DNA of 64,000 nt from the human T2T-CHM13v2.0 reference genome, Homo sapiens: NCBI RefSeq assembly GCF_009914755.1, contig NC_060927.1; one strand, written 5' to 3'. The stretch's first letter is position 1; each line of letters starts with the position of its first letter. Position numbers and translations under genes: made by a program. Shown here piece after piece: positions 17,191 through 33,635 of the stretch. The notes beneath the pieces were generated by a model that worked only from the letters and a program-made list of their open reading frames with translations, searched no databases and was not told the origin of the DNA.

Positions 17191-18091
17191 TTACTCCAAC
17201 GGTGACATTGCAGGAAAAGAAAGATCTTTTCCACTGAACAAGATTATAATATTCATAGGCATCTAACAATTACTTTCTTTGAGATCTAAAGAGCAGGTTT
17301 CTTATGTGGCAGAATGCACTATGTGGAAGGACTATGTGGCATGTTCTTTTGTCTAACAGGTCTCTGTGGCAGGTTGTACTAAGTGGCTGATATATACAAC
17401 ATGTTGAACTATATGACAGATCATGTCATTATTCATTTTGCAGAATGGGGTCTTTAGATTTTTGAAACAGCTTGTCTTCTTGCCCCTTTAAATGGTGTGG
17501 TATGGGTGGGCACCATGACAATTTGCCCAGCTATTTCAATGGATATCCTAAAACTTTTTTTAAAGGTTTAAATGGCAGGTTTAACACAGGTTTTGTTTAT
17601 ATGTGTCTGATCTTATGTAGTATGTGCTTAGAACAGAATACTTAACACATAAATGATTTTGATACTCAAGCTGCAAGCATTAAATAATTCTGTCCAATAT
17701 TTTGGAGATTTCTCATCCGTATTATAGCAAATGAGCACTTTCCAAGGCAAGAAATTTAGTAGCGACCTTTTTAGATCAAAATACAAAATACTTTTTTTTT
17801 TCTGACTGCAAGTAAACTATGAAGAACATACAGTTTTTTCTAAAGCTAATTTATAGGTTATTGAATTTTTCTTAGTGTTTACTTCCATTGTTTATTTTAG
17901 CAAGTAAGTTTTAATAAGATGAAGAGAAATGCAAGAGTCAGGAAATTGGGCAGATAACTAAAATTATCTTCCTAAGACATAAGGCAATTGCTGACATTTG
18001 CCTTCCTCAAGGGCCAAACAGCCAACCAACAGTGTCCTTGGGAGCAGAGCTGAGTTTCTAAACCTACGGCTAGAAACATGGAGATCCAAAT

Positions 18092-18101
18092 CCATATATG
18101 G
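18092..18101. promoter_or_regulatory. Perfect CArG box (CC(A/T)6GG, SRF site)
   Basis: CCATATATGG inside the 12-bp palindrome TCCATATATGGA; motif only. Confidence 0.3.
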
Positions 18102-21100
18102 AGATACTTCACAGAAGGAAAAAAAGCAGAAATAAACTCTTGGGAAAGAAAGAATCAGACCCACTTGGACAAAACAAAGAACTTGGTCAATCAGACAAGA
18201 ATTGTGAGCCCCTCACACTTTGTGCCCAAATCTGAGCTACCATAAGATGCAGAGTTATAGAAGAAAAAAAAAAAAAAAGGCATTCTTATCTTTAGAAAAC
18301 ATGTTGTCCAGCATAGATGTAAGAGTGAAAGTCCAAAATTGAGCCATATACAACTACTAAGGAATAACCATGCACTAATCAATGAAATAATAAAAGAAAA
18401 TATAAAATGAGCTCAAAGAAGAGATAGAACTATATATAGACTGGAGATCAAGACAGTCAAGATTCCTAGCTACAGTTAAATACAGCTGTTGCACAGAGAA
18501 GCTTGCCAAGGCTAAACCACTGCTTTTACATGCTTTTGCAAGTTAATATTTTTTTTTGCCATTAGTTAACTCATTTCCCCTAAAGTTCTTAGAAAAATAA
18601 TAAACACAGTGGAATTGGCTGTCGTAACACGGACAGAGTTTTCTTTCAATGAAATTGTTTTCAGTTTTGTTTTTTCATTTTTTTTGTTTTGTTTTGTTTT
18701 TTAACAATCACCAAATCACCATCATTAAATCATTCTTTTCTTCTCCTTTTCTAGATGGGGCTATCATGTAGACATAATCCTAAATAAGATGAACTACTCA
18801 TTAGATGAATGGCAATTTGTCAGTGATTTATTAACTAAGAATTGTGCACGCTCACCTTAAAACATAAATTTAAGTCATTGTTATCTTTTTGCTTTACTTC
18901 ACTGTAAATTTCTTTACATTTTTTTTTGCTGGAAAATTTCTGAATTTGATTTATCCAGTACTTTCAGAAACTCATATTAAAGACAAATGAGTAGATACTG
19001 AGCATATCTCATAAAACATGTTTGAAAAATAATTTTTGAGAGATAGAAAACCTTTTTGGTCAACCCTGCAGTTGGTTTTCAAAGGTCATTTTTTTTCAAC
19101 CCAAATTCAATTAGTCTTATAAAATGTGAGTTAATCATGTCCATCCAATTCCCAACATATCCTGATCCAGAAGCATGTGGAGCTGGTGATAGGTACATGG
19201 AAAATAACAAATATGCCTTTAGTTTCCTCCTGGCCATTCCACTTGATGAAGTCCAATTAACTTAAGAAGAATTTGGTCTTCTAGAGAAAATTTCAGTGAC
19301 TATTGAAGTAAAAGACTATTGACTCTGAGAAGGCAGTTTAGGAGAATAATCAGTGTTTATTTATACCATAAGGTAGATTTTGTAATGTCCTTTTATTAGC
19401 GTTTTAAAAAATCATAAATGGATGAAAATGCATTTGAGAAATTTTAACAAAAAAAACCCAAATTCAAAATAATTATAATCATTTTGTATTTAGATACTTA
19501 AAAATTGCTCTTAATGTTTTTTCTTATATAGTAACTTTCATATCTTATATTCAGTCAGATATTCTTGGGAATACTGCAAAATCTCATGATTTATTTTGTT
19601 TTAACATTTTGAGATTAAAAACATTCAGATGAGAAAAAAAGCTATAAGTAGCATCATAAAATTTTCTGAAATACAAGATCCTTTGGGTGAAACTTGACTG
19701 ATATTAGTATTTTATAATAAAAACAGTATTTTTGCTACTTCATTGAATTGAATTCACCTCCATAAAGTTTATAGGAAGCTATAACTATTAAAAAATAGCA
19801 AAGAGGTCTTTATTACAGGAAAATGCAGATACCCACCCCCCCGTTTTTTTTTAATCAAATAAGTCAAGCTCATTAAGGAAGTTAAAAACAAAGTTTCTTT
19901 TTTATGGTTCCACTAACAGGTTTCTGTAGGCTGAAAATGGACTCTAATCCTGTTGACTGGCAGTGCATTTTTATTTTGCCCGGCTCTCCTGCCCCTGCCC
20001 TGCTGAAAACACACATGGCTGGACAAAACGCTTGAAAACAGTGATCTCATTGTGATGGTCCCTAACTCTGGCCTTAGTGCTGTTAGATGATTGAGAAGCA
20101 CAACTTGCTTCACAGATGTGGAAACCGTGTAATTCTGGGCTTCCTCCAGGAAAGAATGAGCTTTGATAGGCTGGAACTAAAGCTTTTCTAAAGGTACAAA
20201 ATAACCGTGAATTTCCTATTACTATGGACAACTATTTCAGATATTCACAGCCAATTTAAGCATGGTGGCTAACAGCTGTTCATGATATTGCTGCCTTAGA
20301 GTATATATACCTTCTAGTAAGAGTGAGAGGTACATTCCTCACTCTCTTTTTTTTTAGGAAATTATAACCATGTTATTTTCTTAAAAAATATCTAGTACAC
20401 TAGTTTACTTGTTTTGTTTAGTTCTGAACATTTATATAAAAGTTTTATAAGTAATGTGAGGAGACACTATATACTTCATTTATAAATGCTGGGATTTTGC
20501 CTCTAAATCACATCTAATATTTTAAGAATTTTTAAAAATTTAATACAAATTTGTCTTATTTACAAAGTTTGAGAAGTAGCTTTCTACTTTTTCTCAATTC
20601 AGCTAAGAAAACTCACTTTGATGCTATAGGTCCCTATACCTAGAGATGCAACCCATATAAACTAGGGTATTTTTTCAATTTCCTTTTAATTGTTATCATT
20701 AATAGAACTTTAGTTCACAGAGAAAATCAAATACAACAAAAAGGGAAAGAACTTTTATACGTACTGTTAAAAATTCTATTTTGTTTCATTGAATGTGTAA
20801 CATTTTGACTATCTACATTCAAGCTCGCTCTCCCTCTCTCAACCTAGAGAAAACTTTTATTATAATCATATAAAGTTTTAGCATTAATTTAGATCTGTGA
20901 AATTGGCTTCAACTTGTGAAATATTAATGCCATAGATAACAAAAGCATAGGATATAATGTTTTATACATATTATTCAATAACAGCAGAAGATGATGATGT
21001 TGGAGGAGCAGGTAAAATTTAGGTGCAAGCTAAACTCTAATGTGAACTTCTGGAAAAAGAAATCATGCAATAATAATTTTTTTTCCTCTTCAAACACAGA

Positions 21101-21759
21101 AGTCTTTCAATGTGAAAATGAATTGCCTTGGTTTCAGGGGACAATTTGTACCCATGGTTACTGTACATTGGAAAAGTGCTTGTATACTTAAATAGATGAC
21201 TAAGTCTACTTTTGTACCCTGCAAATCATTTTATATTCAGCACTTCAATTAATTATTGTTTACATCCAATTGAGGGAAACTTATGAGAATTGGAGTATTG
21301 AATATACTTAGGTCGTCTTGTACTTGCAAGACTTTTTCCTGGATTGCTTTGGGAACCCAGATTGATAAATTAAAAAATGTTATTGCATTTGTTTAAATGA
21401 TCATATTTCCATATCACAATCAAGGACTATTATTGTTTTATAAAATATATCTAATTATTAACTACATGATCTAACAAAATGTTCATGCAAGCTTAGATTA
21501 ACTATGCATGCATTTCCAATTCGTTTTAAAAGGTGTATTTGGTTTGGTCTTGTGTTGTTTCTTTATTTTTATTGTTATACTTTAAGTTCTGGGATACATG
21601 TGCAGAATGCACAGGTTTGTTACATAGGTATACATGTGCCATGGTGGATTGCTGCACCCATGAACCCGTCATCAACATTAGGTATTTCTCCTAATGCTAT
21701 CCCTCCCCTTGCTCCCCTTCCTCAACAGGACCTGATATGTGCCCATATGTTCTCATTGT

Positions 21760-25539
<3,780 letters not shown>

Positions 25540-25602
25540 TATGATGCTAACTGGTTATTTTGCCCATTAGTTGATGCAGTTTCTTCATGGCATTGATGGT
25601 CT

Positions 25603-26620
25603 TTACATTTTGGTTTGTTTTTGCAGTGGCTGGTACCAGTTTTTCCTTTCCATATTTAGTGTTTCCTTCAGGAGCTCTTGTAAGGCAGGCCTGGTGGTGA
25701 CAAAATTCCTCAGCATTGTCTGTAAAGGATTTTATTTCTCCTTCACTTATGATGCTTAGTTTGGCGAATATGAAATTCTGGGTTGAAAATTATTTTCCTT
25801 AAGAATGTTGAATATCGGCCCCCACTCTCTTCTTACTTGTAGGGTGTCTGCAGAGAGATCTGCTGTTGGTCTAATGGGCTTCCCTTTGTGGGTAACCCGA
25901 CTTTTCTCTCTGGCTGCCCTTAATATTTTTTCCGTCATTTCAACCTTGGTGAACCTGATGACTATGTGTCTTGGAGTTTCTCTTCTCAAGGAGTATCTTT
26001 GTGGTTTTCTCTGTATTTCCTGAATTTGAATGTTGGCCTGTTTTGCTAGGTTGGGGAAGTTCTTCTGGATAATATCCTAAAGTGTGTTTCCAAACTTGGT
26101 TCCATTCTCCCCATCACTTTCAGGTACACCAATCAAACATAGGTTTGGTCTTTTCACATAGTCCCTTATTTCTTGGAGGCTTTGTTCATTCCTTTTTATT
26201 CTTTTTTACCTAATCTTGTCTTCACACTTTATTTCATTAAGTTGATCTTCAATCTCTGATACCCTTTCTTCTGCTTGATCAATTTGGCTATTGATACTTG
26301 TGTATCCCTCACGAAGGTCTTATGCTGTGTTTTTCAGCTCCATCAGATCATTTATGTTCTTCTCTACATTGGTTATGCTAGTTAGCAATTCCTCTAACCT
26401 TTTATCAAGGTTCTTAGCTTCCTTGCATTGGGTTAGAACATGCTCCTTTAGCTCAGAAAAGTTTGTTATTACCTACCTTCTGAAGCCTACTACTGTCAAT
26501 TCGTCAAACGCATTCTCCATCAGTTTTTTCCCTTGGTGGCAAGGAATTGTGATCCTTTGGAGCAGAAGAGGCTTTCTGTTTTTTGGAATTTTCGGTCTTT
26601 TTTCACTGTTTTTTTCTCAA
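25603..26620 (-). pseudogene. Disrupted L1 ORF1
   Basis: TPRHIVIRFTKVEM..KILRAAREK..GKPIR..ADLS fragment; the start codon position reads TTG. Confidence 0.85.
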
Positions 26621-27605
26621 TTTTGTGGATGTATCTACCTTTGGTCTTTGATGTTGGTGACCTTAGTATGGAGTTTTTGTGGGGTCATCCTTTTTGTTGA
26701 TTTTGATGCTATTGCTTTCTATTGGTTAGTTTTCCTTCTAACAGTCAGGCCCCTCTTCTGCAGGTTTGCTAGAGTTTGCTAAGGCATCCACTCCAGATCC
26801 TCTTTGCCTGGGTATCACCAGCAGAGGCTGTAGAACAGCAAAGATTGCTGCCTGCTCCTTCCTCTGGAAACTTTGTCCCAGAGGGGCACCTGCCAGATGC
26901 CAGCCGGAGCTCTCCTGTATGAGGTGTCTGTCAACCTCTGCTGGGAGGTGTCTCCCTGTCAGGAGACATGGGGTCAGGGACCCACCTGAGAAGGCAGAAT
27001 GTCCCTTAGCAGAGCTTGAGCCGAGCATTGTGCTGGGAGATCCACTGCTCTCTTCAGAGCCAGCAGGCAGGAACATTTAAGTCTGCTGAAGCTGAGCCCA
27101 CAGCCGCCCCTTTCCCCAGGTGCTCTGTCTTTGAGAAATGGGAGTTTTATCAATAAGCCCCTGACTGGGGCTGCCGCCTTTCTTTCAGAGATTCCCTACC
27201 CAGAGAGGAGGAATCTAGAGAGGCAGTCTGGCTACAGAGGCTTTGCCCAGCTCTGGTAGGCTCCGCCCAATCCAAACTTCCAGGTGGCTTTGTTTACACT
27301 GAGCTAGAAATGCAGAAATCACCTGCCTTCTGCATTGTTCTCCCTGGGAGCTGCAGACAGGAGCTGTTCCTATTTGGCCATCTTGCCTGGGAATCCTCAT
27401 GTTGTTTCTTAAAGGAGAAGACCTAGTAATAAAAACAGAAATGCCTTTTAAATATTTTAACAATGATGGTTGATAGAAAAGGTAAGTTATTGAGAAATGT
27501 TTTTATATTTTAATTTTAAAAATCATTATTGTTGTAATCAATATAGAATTGTATATTTTACAGCAAAATGTTAATGCACATCAGTGTTATTAAAACTCAT
27601 TTGTA

Positions 27606-27751
27606 GTACAGCAAACCAACATGGCACATGTATACCTATGTTTCAAACCTGCATGTTGTGCACATATACCCTAGAACTTAAAGTATAATAATAAAAGTAA
27701 AATAAAATAAAAATAAAAATAAAAAATCTTGAAATAGAAAAACAAAAACGA
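27606..27751 (+). mobile_element. Severely 5'-truncated L1PA (3' tip plus tail)
   Basis: cagcaaaccaacatggcacatgtatacc...ccctagaacttaaagtataat; 14-bp TSD aaaactcatttgta at 27592-27605 and 27752-27765. Confidence 0.9.
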
Positions 27752-28227
27752 AAAACTCATTTGTACTTCTCCAAAAATAACTTTCTATTTGTCTTGAAGA
27801 GTATTTAACTTTATGGTATCTGATTTTTAACCCATCTCAAATTTAATATTAAATCTTGGAAATGACATTCGACTATATTTTTATAGTTCTAAAGTATATT
27901 AATGATTAACATTGCCTTATTTTGATATATTTTTTCATGATTATATTTACATACAAAATTCTAAAGCTACTTAAAACTACAAAAATATGTTTATTTCTTC
28001 AAATACATGGATTCATTTCTCTTCAAATACATTAAATTAATAAACAATAAGCAATCTCAAACTTTTTAAACATTTGTGACTGAGCCTAAATAAACATAGT
28101 TTTGTGTTTATGTTTTCTTTGGTAAATGAATAAAATAATGCCTTCACAAAGTTATAAATTCAAATACTACAAAAGGGATCATAATGGAAAATGCTACCTT
28201 CCCACACCAATAAGAACAACTAATCTT

Positions 28228-28468
28228 TATATAGTATAGTGTTTCCTATGGACCAGATATTAGTCTAAGTCTTCTGTGTGTAGACATATGTACATTAATT
28301 TTCACCACATCCTCATGTGGCAGGTAGTATTGTTTTCATGTTACAGATGATGAAACTGAAGCAAAAAGTATTAGGTAACTTGTCCAAAGTTGCATGGTTA
28401 GTAAGGGTCAGGGTCAGAATTTATAATCAGTATTTTTACTCCAGAGGCCATGGTCTTAGTCACTACTC
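28228..28468 (-). mobile_element. MIR SINE
   Basis: ttacagatgatgaaactgaagc...taacttgtccaaagtt. Confidence 0.75.
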
Positions 28469-29782
28469 TGTTCTCTTTCTCTCTGAGCATTATATTCCTG
28501 ATGTGACTAGTGAATTTCTTCAACAGAAAATAATCACTGTATCCTTCATAAATCAGATGGGTAAAAAAAATATGGATATTTTTGGCCACGTTTTTTATTA
28601 GAGAACAAGTCAGTGGAAGGTCATGCTATAAAGGATGGATGTGTGTCTGCGCATTTGTCTGCATTTCACTGTAATAAGATTTGTTTGCTCATGGTAGTTA
28701 CCTTTCTCTTTATGTTAATTATTCTAACAAAAGTAAAGGGGATTAAAACATTAAACGGTCACCAAATTCTCTTGCACGGCCCTTTCAAATGTGTCTCTCA
28801 GGGCTTGGATTAAGACCTTCTCCTGCTCTGCTGTGACAATATTCTTCAAGACAGATTTCACAGTAAGGAGAAGAAGCATTTAAAAACTGAGGCATGGTGG
28901 ATATTTGTGTGTGGAGAAAGGGAAGGAATAAAAGGAGACAGATCCAGGGGAACAAGGAGCAAAACATTGCAGTGGTTGTTTAAATAATCTGAATTCCACT
29001 AATAACCAAGCATTGTAGAAATAAAATGCTTTAGAATGTGGACTTGGCATTGATTTATTTGTTAACTAACAAGTTGAACATAGCTTTCACATGGGGGCCC
29101 TTTCAATTTCCCTCCTAATTTAAATTGAAGCTGTGACACATGGTTCAGTTCCAACAAATGTGACTTTCCCCCAGCCCTCAGAATCTAAGCAATGCATCTC
29201 TCAGTTTAAAAAGAAGAAAAGTAATAATAAAATCTTTATAAGATATTATAATCTATTTGCTCCTTTGTTGAGGAATAGTGACAGTCATTTTACAGATTGG
29301 ATACCGATTAGAAAATTTTTCAAATTTGCTTTGCATTCAGTTTCAGACCTGGACCACAGCTATCGATTATTAATTTGATTGGCGTGCACTTCATCTGATA
29401 TAAATCTAAAATGTTGATTTAGACTGCATTTTGAATATCTCAATACATCTCTAAAATATGGAAACTCACCTAATAGCTAAACACTGCCTATTGAGGTGGG
29501 CTAAAATGTATATTTCTATTTAAGCTCATTTTTCTTATTAACATAGGAACCAGGGCTGTGTGAGTGTTGTGCTAGTAAAATCAAGTCAACCGATAGTCAT
29601 TTCATACATTGTAGGCATTGTAGGGAATACTAGAGGAAAAAAAAAAAAAAGACACCTGCACAATCTAATTAGAAAGGCAAGATAAATGTTCCTCTAAATT
29701 TTAAGACAATACATTATAAATTAATAGATTGTTTTATACAAATATAAGTACTACTGGAAATTGAATGTTTGAAATACCTGTG

Positions 29783-30010
29783 TTTTTTTTTTTTTAATTT
29801 AGCCTGAGTTTCGCTTCCCAAGTTCAAGCGATTCTCCCGAATAGCTGGGACTACAGGTGTGCGCCACAATGCCTGGCTAACTTTTGTATTTTTAGTAGAG
29901 AAGGGGTTTCACCAGGTTGGCCAGGCTGGTCTCAAACTCCTGACAGGTGATCCTCCTGCTTCGGCCTCCCAAAGTGCTGGGATTACAAGAGTGAGCCACC
30001 ATGCCTGGCC
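29783..30010 (-). mobile_element. AluS with internal right-arm deletions
   Basis: Alu left arm largely intact; TSD ttgaaatacctgtg (29769-29782) / ttgaaatatctctg (30011-30024). Confidence 0.9.
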
Positions 30011-30218
30011 TTGAAATATCTCTGAGGTTGAATGATTAATAAAGTTTTTGTGAAGAAAATTGTTCTAAAAAATTGCATATGGTATTATGTTGCAGAAAAA
30101 TAAGGAAGAGACTACAAGGGTGCAGTGGAAAATGTAGCTCTGGGATAGTGGAAGAAGAAAGCAAGGGAGAAGGGGCAATGACAGAAGTTAACTTACATTG
30201 TAGTATGATACAAAGCAT

Positions 30219-30595
30219 TGCTAATGACGGAAGGTTTGTTTCCAGCCTCCCACTCTGCCCCAATTCATATGTTGGAGCTTAATTCCCGATGCCATAGTAT
30301 TTGGAGATAGGGCTTTTGGGGGTGATTAGGTCATGAGGGTGGAGTCCTCATGGTGAAATTAGTGCTCTTATAAAAAGAGACACAAGAGAGTTTGCTTCCT
30401 CTCCCTGCTCTCCACCAGGTGAGGCTACACGGAACGGGGAGCTGGCTACAAATCAAGAAGCGGGCCCTCACCAGACACTGCATCTGCTGCCACCTTGATC
30501 TTCAACTTCCCAGCTTCTAGACTGTGAGAAATACATATGTGTTGTTTAAACTGCACCATTTATGGTAGTTTACTATGGAAGCCAAAACTAAGATA
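30219..30595 (+). mobile_element. MLT1A-type MaLR solo LTR
   Basis: aattcatatgttg...gattaggtcatgagggtggagtcctcatgg...ccctcaccagacac...caccttgatctt...actaagata. Confidence 0.85.
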
Positions 30596-32326
30596 AATAT
30601 GTTGAGTCACCCGTCGATGATGTGGACTGGCTGATGGTGCTAAGAATCTACCTCTCAAAAAGCTTTTACTCCTAACCTCCCAAGTAAAGACATGCTATTT
30701 TCAAGTTCTTTGTTTGGGTATTTCAGGGAAGATTACTCTCTTTACTGCCTTAGAGATTCCCCTTTTTCAGATCACCAGCGGCATCATGTTTTTCCTACTC
30801 TGCTATACTTCTGAGCCTCTCACTGTTTGATGGGCGGACCCAGTCCATGAGACTGCCCTTGTCTTAGGCTGGACAGAGCCATGCTTTCCATGTGACAGTG
30901 TATCATGTAGACCAAGCAGTATGTCGACACTTACCTGAGGTTCAGGTGTTTCCATGGAAGCTAGGGCCACTCATTCAGGTTACATGCTTAAGGACAACAG
31001 GTGCAGTCTCTTGATATGTAGTCTTATTACGATCTTCCTACCACAATCTCATCCCCTATCCAAGTCCCCTTATCTCTCACGGACCACACAACTTTAATTC
31101 TGCTTCCCAGACAACTATGAGGAAAAGTTTAAGCTGTTAAAAAAAAGGAGTTGAGCTGCTGTATCTTTGTATTGAAATATAAACAATTCAAAACTCAAAC
31201 AGGAAAAAAAAGTTTTTTCTTTATATTTTGTAATTGATTAATTCTGGGAAGGGAGCAAGCATTATTCAGTGTAAAAGGAGATGTTCCACCTGTGCCTCCA
31301 ATATTTCTCTACTTGTGGCTTTTGTGATCTGTAAATCCCATCCCTCCTAGATAAGCCATAACTCTTTTGCTGCCCCATCTCCAAGATCCTAGAAGAAACT
31401 AATCTGATACAATTGTAAACTTAAATGTATATGTCCTTGGAGTACAGTGTAACCCAGATATAAAATATCCTTATGATTTTCTAAACTCCAAAATACCACC
31501 CAGAGCAAGACATAAATAATGAAATTTAAGTGAGAATATTGCTCAGATATTTATCTTGAGTGGTTACCTGGGCGCGTGCTCTCTCTCTCTCTCATTGTTT
31601 TAAGTATTTTTTTTTTCTGGTTGCATAATACAGAGTCATGTATTAACAAAATGTCAAATTGCCACAGGTTTTGGAATCTTGTAGTAGCTTGTTGGCAAAG
31701 AGATACAGCAGAGAGGCTACTGTGTTTTCATTGTAAAAAGGATATCTGAAGAGGGAATATTAACCAAAAGGGAAATATAATAACAGTGTGGGAATAAAAG
31801 AAATTTTTGTTATCTTCCCTTAAAAATAATTGTTATTATGTTGAATTATAAGATATCTTTCACCGTAGCTTTGTGGGTGTTATCACAGGAGAGGGAAAAG
31901 GCTTAATAGCAAGTAAACAAAATTTATATTTTTAGGAGAGCATTTATTTAGATCACACCACATATTGGCATATAAACCAGTTCCTACCAAATGAGTCCAT
32001 TGAGATGACATACTTATTTGTTGAAATCAGTGTTGTTTTGAAAATCAATGTTGCATTTACAGTCCACTTAAAAAGTAGAATAATTTATTAGTCCTACTTT
32101 TATACCCTAAACAAACACTTAAAAAAACAACACTTAAACACTTAAAAAAATCCATAGTATTAATTCTATTTATATGTTAGTCTACTTTAAGAATGTGCAC
32201 AAATGGGAGGAAAAACCAATGGTAGAGACAGGGCAATGAAACCCAAGTCTACCCCTCACTTTATTACACTAGAGCTTCAACAAAATTGTATGAGCAATTC
32301 TCATTTTTCAGAAATGTTTGACAATC

Positions 32327-33006
32327 TTTTTGTTTGTTTGTTTTGTTTTTGGACACAGGGTCTCGCTCTGTTACCCAGGCTGGAGCGCAGTGGCGTGATT
32401 ACAGCTCACTGCAGCCACAATTTCCTGGACTTAAGTCCTCAGCCTCCTGAATAGCTGGGACTACAGGCATGCACCACCACGCTTGGCTATTGTTTTTTTT
32501 TATTTTTTTGTAGAGATGGTGTATTAGTCCAATCTTGTATTTCTATAAAGAAATACCTGAGGCTGTGTAATTTATAGATAAAAAAGTTTTAATTGGCTCA
32601 TGGTTCTGCAGGCTATACAGGAAACATAGCAGCTTCTGCTTTTGGGGAGGCCTCAAGCAGCTTCCAATCATGGCAGAAAGCAAAGGGAGAATGAGTCATC
32701 TCACATGGCCAAAGCAGGAGGAAAAGAGAGGGGCAGGCACTGCGCACTTTTAAACAATCAGATCTCATGAGAACTCACTATTGATGACAGCACCAAGGGG
32801 ATGGGTGTTAAACCATAAGAAACTGCTCCCATGACCCAATCACCTCTCACCAAGCCCCACTTCCAACATCGGGAATTACAGTTTTACATAAGATTTGGAT
32901 CGGGACACAGATCCAAACCATAGTAGACAGGAACTCACTGTGTTAAACAGGCTGGTCCTGAAATCTTGGGCTTAAGCAATCCTCCCATCTCAGCCTCCCA
33001 AAGCAT
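32327..33006 (-). mobile_element. AluJ split by an MSTA insertion (parts 32327-32519 and 32926-33006)
   Basis: cagggtctcgctctg...ttgtagagatgg | gacagg...gggcttaagcaatcctccc. Confidence 0.85.
32520..32925 (-). mobile_element. MSTA-type MaLR solo LTR
   Basis: tgtattagtcc...ctataaagaaatacctgag...gacacagatccaaaccata; 5-bp TSD gatgg/gacag. Confidence 0.9.
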
Positions 33007-33007
33007 T

Positions 33008-33388
33008 CTCCAAAAGTGTATATGTTGAAGTCTTAAACCCCAATCCCTCAGAATATGACTGAATTTGAAGATAGGGCCATACAAAAAGTGACTAAGTTAA
33101 GATGAGACAGGTTGAGTCCAAATCCAATATGATTTGTGTCTGTAGAAAGAGGAAATCTGGACACATGCAAGAAACACCAGGGATGCATGTGCACAGAGGA
33201 ATGACCATGTGAGCACATAGTGGAGGGCAACCAACTACAAGCCAAGGAGAGAGACCTCAGAAGCAACCAATCCCCCTGACACCTTGATCTTGGACTTCTC
33301 AGCCTGTAGAACTGTGAAAAAATAAATTTTTGTTGTTTAAGACACTCAGTCTTGGTACTTTTTTATGGCAGCCCAAGTAAACTAATAT
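33008..33388 (+). mobile_element. MLT1B-type MaLR LTR
   Basis: tatgttgaagtc...gaagatagggcc...aagccaaggagagag...acaccttgatcttggacttc...aaactaata. Confidence 0.85.
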
Positions 33389-33459
33389 GTATGCATATGC
33401 AGACATAGCAAATCCTTATATAGGTATAAATTCATTGCTATGTCATAGTTGTTAGAAAC

Positions 33460-33635
33460 ATGCATCAGAAAATGTTCTACAACTTTACATGCATTATTTC
33501 ATTTAATCCTCAAAATATAGCAACAATGAGTTAGGTGCTATTTTAATGTCCATTTTACAAAGAAGAAATTGAGTCACAGGAGGTTTTAATAACTAATGTC
33601 TCACAGTCAGTCCAAAATCAGAGTTCAAACTCATA
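33460..33635 (-). mobile_element. MIR SINE
   Basis: tttcatttaatcctca...ccattttacaaagaagaaattgag. Confidence 0.7.

Noticed and set aside
26766-27080. Antisense ORF in the L1 5'UTR as ORF0
   Set aside because: Does not resemble ORF0; the ORF0-equivalent region falls in the segment removed at the 27298/27299 junction
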